Source of the DNA: Geosiphon pyriformis uo1
Taxonomy: Eukaryota; Fungi; Glomeromycota
DNA length: 20,908 nt
Assembly: GCA_016748015.1 (NCBI GenBank)
Contig: JAAOMT010000451.1
Location: forward strand, 5,586 to 26,493
Reading direction: 5' to 3'
Both the position numbers and the translations under genes were made by a program. Below, piece after piece: positions 8,836-18,618 of this stretch (position 1 is the first letter of the stretch; each line of letters opens with the position of its first letter). The notes beneath the pieces are model-generated. The model had not been told where the DNA came from and did not search any database. It saw only the letters and a list, made by a program, of their open reading frames with translations.

Positions 8836-10219
8836 ATGAACCCTAAAAACTACAACAATCTCAAACAATATTTGGAGACATTAACAATCCTAACAAATTG
8901 GTCTTCAGATGAAAAACACTGATTACAACAAAAAGCCAAACAATATTTTCTACACAACAACACTATTTATTATTGAAACTTCAGAAATCCAGACAAATCA
9001 TTCAGATTAATACAGGAAAATGAGAAAGAAACTATCTTATACAACATGCACTCAAACCCTTCATCAACACATTTAGGAAAAAATAGCACTACTCAGAGAA
9101 CACTAGAATATTACTTTTGGCCTCGAATGAGAAAAAACATTCATGAATACATCAAATTTTGTGATAGTTGTTAAAGAAGAGAAGGAACTCGCCCTATAAA
9201 ACCTTTAAACCCAATCAAAGTTGAACAGTCTTTTGATTAAGTTGGTATCGATTTAGTCAGATCACTACCTATCACCAACCAAGAAAACCAATATATTGCA
9301 GTAGCTGTAGATTATCTTACCAAATGGCCTGAAACCAGAGCCATTCAACGAGTAGATGCAAAATCAGTAGCAAACTTCATTTATGAAGACATTATTTGTA
9401 GACATAGATGTCCAATTGAACTTTTATCCAACCAAGAAACATATTTTGTGAACAACTTGATACAAAAAATTTGTGAACAGTTTAATGTCAAAAGACTATT
9501 ATCTTCGCCCTACCATCCACAAACAAATGGACTTGTAGAATGTTTCAACAGAACATTGTGTGAATCATTAGCCAAAGTTTCAACTGATTTTGAGCAAGAA
9601 TGGGACATTTTTATTCCATCAGTGTTATTAGCATACAGAATGCTAAAACAAGATACCACAAAACACACACCATTTGATTTAACTTACAGAAGGACAGCAA
9701 CATTACCAATTAATTTGACAATAAAAACATACCCAGTACAACCAATTAATGAAGACAATTTCCAAGAAACACTTCAACAAAGAGCCTACATTCTGTTTAG
9801 TACATTGGAAGGAAAATAACGAATAGCAGCCACCTATATTGAACACTTCCAAACTCAACAAAAAAATGGCATAACAACAAATTGCCTCCAATTACCAATA
9901 AGTTTAAAATTGGAAACAAAGTTCTCTTACACAGAACTAAAGCTGAAAAACAATGCAGTGAAAAATTTAAAATAAATGGGATGGGCCATTCTTTATCCAT
10001 GAAGTTCTAGGCAATGAATCATACAAGCTAAGACTTGATGACAAAATCCTAGCAAAAGTTGCACATAGAGATCATTTGAAACACTATAATTCCAGAAACA
10101 ATCCTGAATCATTAATTCCACAAATTGGTACACATTTCCCTTTAATCAATTCTGAAGATATTCCCTAAAACTTAAAACCAATAGTTGTTATTGAACAACC
10201 TCTTAACTTGAACACTTAA
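8836..10219 (+). pseudogene. int: Element A ORF2: integrase (HHCC, DDE, GPY/F), no chromodomain
   Basis: NMH...THLG and CDSC (9160-9171); VGIDLV, DYLTKWPE, decayed SDQG, SSPYHPQTNGLVE; WDGPFFIHEVLGN; ends PIVVIEQPLNLNT-TAA; starts at ACAATG after the ORF1 stop. Confidence 0.93.
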
Positions 10220-10366
10220 TTTAAATTTACTATAGTTATTCCCTTATAAATTAAAAATAATTTCACAAAAATAAAACAAGACAAAACACACTGAAAAACA
10301 AAAATAACATAAAAATCCATATACCAAAAATAATTTCAGTCTATTTTTTTTATTCAAAATTTTATA

Positions 10367-11086
10367 ATGACTATCCCTCAAAATATTCAACAATTATCTG
10401 GAAAATTAATGCTAGCTTTAAAAACAATACCCGAATTATTTATTACTATTACTGGAAAACATATTAATTATACCCAAACAAAAATAGTTACAAATTTAGT
10501 TCCAAATTCACGAAAATGTCACCCCTATAAAAAGAACACAAAAAGTTATTCTGGAATTCATCTACCAGAACTTTTAAAGCTTGTTTTAAGAGAAAACTTA
10601 TTGCTCACTTTTATTAGTATTTTACTGAATGTTACTATTCAACAAAAACTTCAACTGTGTCTTAATGAGGAAAACAGCAAATACCTCTCAATATATAGAT
10701 ATTTCTACATTGGAAAAACACTTTACAAATGAAAACTGGAGCTTACAACAGCAAATCTCATAAAAGAAGCTATTCAAAAACAACTCTACAATGAATTCAA
10801 GACAACAGTTGGACCTACAAACAACCACTATAAACTAAAAGCTGCTTTTAGACTTTATGACCTATTTCACACCTGTGAAAACGTCCTACAAAATCCAGTT
10901 TTACAACTCTTGAAAATTCAATACATTGGAAAGCTCACAGAACTGAAATTTCAACAATTTTCAGACCAAATTTCTTTAATTATTTTGGACTACTATCTGG
11001 AAATTACAAACAGTACTTGGACTTCAACAGAACTCAGTCTTGAGGAGGAGGTTATGTTACCAAATGAAATTAGAAATATTATTTAG
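10367..11086 (+). pseudogene. Element A ORF3: unknown protein (~239 codons, one internal TGA at 10730-10732)
   Basis: ATG 10367; frame stays open after the TGA (KLELTTANLIKEAIQKQLYNEFKTTVG...YKLKAAFRLYDLF...) through the PPT to TAG 11084-11086 inside the LTR; homologous ORF in B at 482 to <1. Confidence 0.8.
11042..11051 (+). promoter_or_regulatory. Polypurine tract of element A (GAGGAGGAGG)
   Basis: Purine run 3 nt upstream of the 3' LTR. Confidence 0.85.
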
Positions 11087-12036
11087 CATAAAATTACTCT
11101 TATAATTCCTAGTATTAATTAGCATATATTATCATTTCAAAGTATCACTTATTATATTAGCAAAATATCCGAAATTATTATTTAATTGATAACTTAATTT
11201 GTACATAACACAAATGTAATCTAACTGCAACAATCAATCATGTAATACCCCGAACTATGTAACATTCAAAAGTTCGCGGAAATTTGTAGAAATTTGCCAA
11301 AATAATTGAATAGTTCACTGAAATATCTAATAGTTCGCAGAAATAACTTGTAGTTTGCCAAAATGTATCTTTAGTTCAGCAAAATTGTAGAAATAGCAAA
11401 AGTTCAAGTTTATAGAATAGTGTTATGACAAGTTGTATAAAAGAAAAGCTTCTCTCTTCAAGAAAATGTATCTTACTTTTGATTTAGTAATTAGAATCAT
11501 TCCTATATACACAAAAACAAAATAAATATTAAATAATTTGAAAAATCAAATTCTTAATTATTATACTTGCAATAACACCTAAAAATCCTGACTAACATTT
11601 TAAAATTGATTAGCTACCAATTTCAGTAAACTGTTAGTGACTCTAGGCCTGAATAGAAAACGTTTTCCTTAATAAAATTCTATTTCTTTTACATTTCTTT
11701 TATTTTCTTTTATTTTCTTATTATAATTATTAGGGTAACCTACAGACAAGATTCCTGTAGAAGAGTTGACTTTCACAGCAAAGTAATTACACATTTTTAG
11801 TGAGCTTCCAGATGAACAATTCTTGGGAAAGAGTTGACATTTACTACAACGTAACTATACAAAGCAACTGGCACAGAATTGGCCATTCTACTTATAAGCC
11901 TAGCAGTTCAAATTATAGGAGATAATTTGAAGATAAATTCAGTTATTGGAGGTTCAATTACTTCCAGAAAACATGAATTCACAGCAAATCAACAATTACA
12001 ACGTTCAAAAAAAGAGACCAAAAACCTCTGGTAACA
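11055..12036 (+). repeat. 3' LTR of element A (982 bp)
   Basis: Starts TGTTACCAAATG, ends CTCTGGTAACA; direct repeat of 2139-3120; preceded by a purine tract. Confidence 0.97.
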
Positions 12037-15000
12037 CTGGTTTGTGGTGTACAATGTATTTATAGTCTGCTAGAAAATTATTTTATCAAGACTGTTTAGC
12101 ACTTTGTTCAGTTTTCTTTTTATTGAGCCATTTGAGACTAATATTGTCAGTTATAATGTCAAATTCTTTTCCATTTCTCAGATATTGTTGAAAATGTTTG
12201 AAAGCTCATATGACTGCAGCTGTTTTTAATTCAGTTGAGCCATATTTGAGTTCTGTTGGCTTGAGTGTTCTGCTGGCATAAGCAATAACTTGTTCTTGGC
12301 CATTTTCATCTAATTGTGATAAGATGGCACCAAATGCTGTATGTGAAGCATTAGTGATTAGTTGAAACCATTTGTTAAAGTCTGGATAAGTAAGAACTGG
12401 GGCTGTTGTCAATTTTGTTTTGAGAGTGTCAAATGCTTTCTGTTGTTCTTCAGTCTATTTGTATGGCACATTTTTGTTGGTAAGGTAATTGAGTGGTTTG
12501 ACAATTTCTGAAAATTCTTTTATGAATTTTTGATAATAAGAGGCTAACTTTACAAATCCTCTTAGTTCTGTGGTATTTTTGGGAGTTTGAAAGTTTTTGA
12601 CAGCACTTATTGTTTCAGGGTTTGGTTTGACTCTATCTTTGCTAACAATGTGTCCAAAAAAGATTAGGCTTGTTTTTCCAAAGTGACATTTTTCAATGTT
12701 CAATTTTAATTCTGCTTTCTGTAATCGTTAAAAAACTTCTCACAGATGGATAAGATGGGCTTCAAAGTTTGATGAGTATACATCAGTGTCATCAAGATAG
12801 ACAACTACTAACTGCCATAAGAGTCCTTCATATACAACATCCATGAGTTGTTGAAATGTTGCTGGTGCATTGCAGAGTCCAAAAAGCATTACATTGAACT
12901 CATAGTTTCCTCCTTGAGCGGTAAATGCTGTTTTGGGTCGATCTTTTGGGTCCATTTTGACTTGCCAGTATCTACTTTCCAAGTCTAAAGTTGAGAAGAA
13001 CTTGGCTTTTCCTAGAGCATCTAGCATGTTATCAATTCTTGGAAGAGGGTAGGCATCTCCAATTGTAACACTATTCAGTTGTCTATAATTAACACAAAAT
13101 CTGATTTTTCCGTTTTTCTTTTTAACTAAAACTACTGGTGAGGCCCAAGAACTTCTTGATGGTTGAATCAATCCGTTATTGAGCATTCTTTGGACCTCTT
13201 TTATAATAAATTAGTGGCTGGCAGATGGCACTCAATAAGCTTGTTGTTTTTTTGGTGGAGCATCTTCTGTGTGAATCTAATATTGAACAATATCAGTTTT
13301 TTTCAGGTCATTGTTGTCTTTTGCAAAGATATCTGCAAATTCAGCTATTAACTGTTTCAACTGTCTTTGTTGTTGGGATTCTAAAAGACCCATGTTGATT
13401 TGAGAGAGTTTTTTTTCCAAAAGATGGTAGTTTTCAGTAGTAGAAATGATGTTTGAATTTGAAAGTAGGGTATGTCTTATAATTTCGATAAAATTAGAGA
13501 CAATTTGAGGGTTTTCATCTTGGAAGATATTATTATGTATGATTCCAATTTCTAATTTATTTAATAGAACAATAGGATAATTGTTGGGGTTGTAGAATAT
13601 AACTTGAAATTTTTTTATTTTTTTAGGAATATAAACGTTTGGGATTGAGATTTCATGTTTCAAACAGATTTGTTCATTGGATTTAAAGATTTATTGGGTA
13701 GTGGTGGGTTTTGAGCAAGTGTAAATTTTGTGATGTTTACCAAAAGGTGAAATGGTAATTGGTTGAGAAAGTTGAAGAATCTGGTAGAATTCATTTTGTG
13801 CATTAAGAGCTATGTTTACTGGTACTGTAAATCATCCAGTTAAACCAAAACCTTAAGTTTCTCTTTCACTTTTTCCCAATTGTTCTCTGTTCTTTACTGA
13901 TTGTAAACCCGAAATATTGATTAAAGATAGATAAATTGCTTGGGCAATTTTCTCAGCATGTTCAATCCTGAATGGTTTGTCTGTTTTATTTTGTAATATG
14001 ATGGTAATGTCTCCAGTATATCTTGCATCTATGACTTCTCCTCTAATGTTGATTTCTTTGCTTGCCAACGATAATCTAGATGCAATTTGAACCATTGCTC
14101 CAGATGGAATTTCAAGAACAATTTTAAAATTGATCTTTGTTAAGGACTTTGGTTGAAGAACCAAAATATCTTTTTCTGAATATCTTAAATCATATCCAGC
14201 ATCAATTTTGTGTGCTTTTTCTGGTCTAATTTCTTGGCCATGGTTGTCAAAATATTTAAGTTGTAAAGATGATTGCTTTTTAAGAAGATAGACAAGAGTG
14301 GTTGGTAGTTTTTTTACCAGTTCAGATACTCCAAATTTGATTTCATTTTCATTATTTTTCTCTGGCAGGGGAATGCTAAGAGCATAACATTCTAAACACC
14401 ATTGGTCATCACAAGGCATAACACATTCTTCACACAATTGAATGTTCATTTGCTCTAATTGTTGAATTTGAGCTTCTTTGGTCGAATATGTGTGGCTTGC
14501 AATTTGGTGGTAGGTTTTTACTTCATCTTCATAATCAAATCCAGCTAATTCCATGGTGTACTCAATATATTCAGCTTCTTTCATTTGGCAAACATCTTTT
14601 TGGGTGGCTCTATTGATCAATGTCATTGCTAAGTCAAAAATCATTTCAGCATTATGTAAGTAGTAGTAAAGTTTATTGAGAGCACTGTTGTATATTGCAT
14701 CAAATGGTGTTCCTCTTCTGACTTTTTCCGAAATTAATAGAGCATATTGGCAGGTTTGGTCACATACTCCTCCTTTCATTGCAACATCAATTCAGTTACA
14801 TTTTTCTAGTAGCATATTTCCACATGTAAGGCAAAGTGTGTTGTTTTATTTTCCACTCTTTTTGGGATATCCAAATCGTTCTTTATGGCATGCTTTGCAA
14901 AAGTAGCAGATACAAGTTTTATATTCCTCTTCTGGAAAAATACATGCTTTTATTGATAAAAGTTTTTTGTTGCAATCTTTGTATTTGAGTGGAATGTAGA

Positions 15001-17650
15001 GTGGTTGTTTCTGTGGTTCTGGTGTGGAATATCTGACTTTCTTCCATTTTTTTGATTTTTCAAAAATCTTCTGTTCTGTTTCTTCAGCCCAATTGGATGT
15101 TGATCCAAGAGCCATGTAAGTTTCAGTGAGTGGCATTTCTTTTTCCTCTTCAAATTCAAATACTGGAGCTTTTTCTGTTCATTTGTTGAAAGTTTTACAA
15201 GTAGCAAGTACTATAATGTATTGTTCTTGGTATGAGATTTTTAGTTTCTGAGTTTCCCAATCTAAGTTTGCATTGGCCTTAAGAAGCCAATCATTTCTGA
15301 CTAGAACTTAGTATTGGGGTACATCCATGACTAAAACTTTGACTGAGATGGTAATTCCATCAATGGTAAATAGAAAATTGTTAATTTTTCCTACTAGTGT
15401 CTTTTTCATATCATCTGCTGTAATAATTACAGTTTGGACTGGTCTGTCAACAGTTTTTTGAAATTGTGGTATTAACTGGTAAATAATAATACTTCCTGCT
15501 AATCCACTGTTTAAAATTAATTAGATAGATTTTTCTTCTACTGTAGCTTCAATGTACATAGCAGTGATGGCTTTCTGTTCATTAGCTGCTGCATTACTAA
15601 CCAAGAATGATAATTCATTTGCTTCAAATTCGAATGGGAATATATCTGAGAGATTGGCATTTTGGGCAATTTGAACTGGTGGAATGGTATTGTTGGAAGA
15701 GTTTGATCTTGGTGCTGCAACTTCACTTTCAGAAAGTGCAGTTTATTAAAAATTCGATCCTTCTGGCATTGTAAGATAACTGGGTTAAGTGTGATAGTGG
15801 TTGAATCTTTGCTGACCAGAATTTCAGAAAACCAACTGGTTATTTGAGTTGATTCTGTTGTTGTTATTCTGAAATTGATTTTGGGATGTAAATTGGTTAT
15901 GTTGAACCAATTTTCTGACTGGTATTTAATATTGTTGAGTGGGTGTGTCTGATTTTGCTGAATTGGCAAAGGTTGTTGATATTGTTGTTGAATTGGTTAT
16001 GGGGCTGGTTGATAATAACTGTTTTGATTTTGTGGTTTTGGTGAATAATAAGTTAATGGTAGAGGTTGGTAATAAGATTGTTGTGGTGAAGAGTAACATT
16101 GATTACTTCTGTTTTGTTGGTCTCTTTGCAATTTCCTGCAATTTTGTTTCCAGTGTCCTGGAATTTCACAATAATGACAATTTTGAGATTGGTTGTTAGA
16201 TGGTGATCCAAAATTGTTTTGGTTTTGTTATTGTGGTTGTTGATATCTTTGTGATTGTTGCTGTTGTTGTTGGTTTGTAAAGTAGCTTTCAACTTTCTTT
16301 GCAAGTTGATCTATCTTTTCTTCAGCTGCTAAGCTGGTTTTTCCAATAGCTAGATTTACAAGTTTGGTGTGGTTTGCTTCTTCTATTGCTATTTTGTAGT
16401 TTTTTGCATGTTTTATGGCAGTTGTTAAGTCTTCTGGGGCATGTGGACGAACTTTCTTAATGAGTTTGTCTTTTAATCCAGCTATGAATTGATCCAAAAT
16501 CTGGACATCAGAATAGTAATCATTGGTTTCCAATTGTTGAATTTGTCGAAAAAGTTTATTGAATCTTCCAAGATAGGTTATGACAGTTTTAGATGTTTCT
16601 TGTTTGATATTGCAAAAGTGATTGTGAAGAGTAATAGAGGTGTTGTTGTCAGTGAATTGTTGTAAGAAAACATCTTTGAATGCTTGTCAGTTCTCAAATA
16701 GTTCTTCCAAGTTTTTAAACCATTCTCTTACAGTTCCTTGGAGAAAGTATGAGATTGTTTTGAGCATTCTTGCTGCATTCCAACCATTTGCATCTCCTGC
16801 TTTTTGAACTTTGTCAAGTCATTCTTGAGAACTGGTATCATTATCTTTACCAATGAATTCTGAGATGTTTGTAATGTAAGCAGTTGCCATTTTTTCTTTG
16901 TTTTCTATGGTTTCTTCTTGTTCTGATTCAGTTTCTTTACTTTCCAAGTTTTCTGAAAGATTACTTTCGATTTTCTGTAAGTACTCAATAATATTGGTAC
17001 TTGTTGATATTGGTTCCTGCTGTTGAATAAGATTTCTAATTGACTGAAAATCTTCTGGTCTGGAGAAATAGCTAAGTAGTGAACTTGGTGTTTGTAATTG
17101 AACAAGTGAAATTAGAAATAGTGTAATAGAAAGTGGTAATTTGACACTGGTTTCTTGTTCAGGTGTTTGCAAGTGTTTGGCAGTTGTTTTTGTAGTATTG
17201 AAGTGTTTGGAGTGGTTCTTGAATATTGCTTCAATTTCTGTTTGTCTTTGTTGCTTGTTTTTGTTTTTGATTCAAAGTCAAGAGAGTATTGAGACTGTAC
17301 TGGGTATGTTTCTTTACAATACTTGATAATATTAAAATTAAAGTTCTTGGAAGTAGGTGGCAAGTGTATCACTGTTAAGATCTTCAGTTCCCAATTGTGA
17401 ATAGTGTACTAAATTATTGCAAAGGTTGCTTCTCACTTCTGAAATGTTGTAATTTCTAAGAAGATAATTGTTGATATGATTTTCAATATATTGGTATACT
17501 GATTTTTTGACAACATTAATTCCGTCTGAGATGTTGAATCTTTGCTTGCAATGGATGTAAATTGACTGATAATACTCTAGGGTTGCTGTGTCTGGTGTGG
17601 TCACCACTTTGAATTTGTTGTTGCTATGTTATTTCCGTAAGAGAGCACCA
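12037..17650 (-). pseudogene. gag-pol: Element B ORF1: Gag-PR-Cys-rich-dUTPase-RT-RNase H, degenerate
   Basis: Track ORFs give Gag (ATG 16890; knuckle CHYCEIPGHWKQNC at 16138-16179), protease (~15200-15560), CxxC domain, dUTPase (DAGYDL, VIDARYTGDI, KIAQAI; ~13835-14260), RT (YLDD in ORF 12740-13186) and RNase H (12206-12412). Confidence 0.92.
17633..17650 (-). promoter_or_regulatory. Primer-binding site of element B (TGGTGCTCTCTTACGGAA)
   Basis: 2 nt downstream of the LTR, starts TGG, matches A's PBS at 16 of 18 positions. Confidence 0.85.
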
Positions 17651-17652
17651 AA

Positions 17653-18618
17653 TGTTACTGGAGGTTTTTGGTCTCTTTTCTTGAATGTTGTAAGTGTCAA
17701 TTTGCCATAAATTCATGTTTCCAGAAAGTAGTTGGACCTCCAGTAACTGAATTTATCTTCAAATTATCTTCTATAATTTGAACTGCTGGGCTTATAAGTG
17801 GAATGGCCAATTCTGTGCCAGTTGCTTTGTGTAGTTACATTGTAGTAAATGTCAACTCTTTTCCAGAAATTGCTCATTTGAAAGCTCACTAAAAATGTGT
17901 AGTTACTTTGCTGTAAAAGTCAACTCTTCTACAAGAATCTTGTCTGTAGGCTACCTTAATGATTATGATAAGAAAAGAAAAATAAAAAAATGTAAAAGAA
18001 ATAAGATTTTATCAAGGAAAACATTTTCTATCCAGACCTGAAGTCACTAACAGATTATTGAAATTGGTAGTTAATCAATTTCAAAATGTTAGTTGTGTTG
18101 AGGGAATTTCAAGTGTAATAATTTTAAGGATTTGTTTTTCGAATATTTAATTTTTATTTGAATATATAAAAGGTAATTTGTTTCAATTAAGATTCTAAAG
18201 TGAAATACTATGTTAAGATACTATAAGAAAATACATTTTTTTGAAGAGAAAAGCTTTTTTTTTATACAACTTGTTGTAGTACTAGTCTTTAAACTTGCAC
18301 TTTTCTCTTTGCTATAATTTGGGTGAACTAAAGATATATTTTGGCAAATTTACAAGTTATTTCACTAAACTATTGATTATTTCGACAAATTTTCATTAAT
18401 TTCGGCAAATTTTGACTATGTTAAAAGGTTCAGGATATTGTGTAATTCGATTATCTTAATTTCTAAAGTACAAATCGGATTGTTGATTGAGTAATGATAT
18501 TTGATAATTTGATTAAATAATAAGTAATAATCGAATTAATAATAATGTATGCTAATTAATAATAGGAATTATAAGAGTAATTTCATGTTAATTAATAGCT
18601 AAAATTCTACTGGTAACA
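17653..18618 (-). repeat. 5' LTR of element B (966 bp)
   Basis: Minus strand starts TGTTACCAG and ends CCAGTAACA; homologous to A's LTRs, most strongly in the PBS-proximal ~430 bp. Confidence 0.93.

Larger units (their letters stand above)
2139..12036 (+). mobile_element. Element A: full-length but mutationally inactivated Ty3/Gypsy LTR retrotransposon (9,898 bp)
   Basis: Two 982-bp direct repeats with TG...CA ends, PBS after the 5' LTR, PPT before the 3' LTR, domain order PR-RT-RH-IN (Ty3/Gypsy type), and 4-bp flanking duplication TTGG/CTGG. Confidence 0.97.
1..18618 (-). mobile_element. Element B: related Ty3/Gypsy retrotransposon, interrupted by element A; 3' end lies outside the window
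   Basis: 5' LTR 17653-18618, PBS, and the same domain order as A on the minus strand (17650 to 12037, then 2138 to 1). Confidence 0.95.

Noticed and set aside
10080-10219. Chromodomain at the integrase C-terminus
   Set aside because: The tail after GPF is short and Pro/Ile-rich, with no Y.VKW.G-type motif
3121-10219. Alternative genetic code (e.g. TGA=Trp, Mollicutes-like endosymbiont or organelle)
   Set aside because: All three stop types occur at positions homologous to Arg, Gln and Trp, along with frameshifts; this is pseudogenisation of a nuclear retroelement
10730-10732. TGA in the middle of ORF3, shared by A and B, as programmed read-through
   Set aside because: Most simply the same CpG-decay convergence; the context (TGA AAA) is not a known read-through signal. 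A family consensus is needed to exclude it fully
10367-11086. ORF3 as an envelope gene
   Set aside because: Too short, with no signal peptide, transmembrane anchor or evident furin/fusion-peptide motif
1648-17326. Short antisense or off-frame ORFs in the track (e.g. 1648-1854, 2684-2899, 4589-4825, 5841-6128, 14676-14906, 15939-16199, 17141-17326)
   Set aside because: They are shadows of gag-pol codon bias or frameshifted fragments, with no motifs and no consistent conservation between A and B
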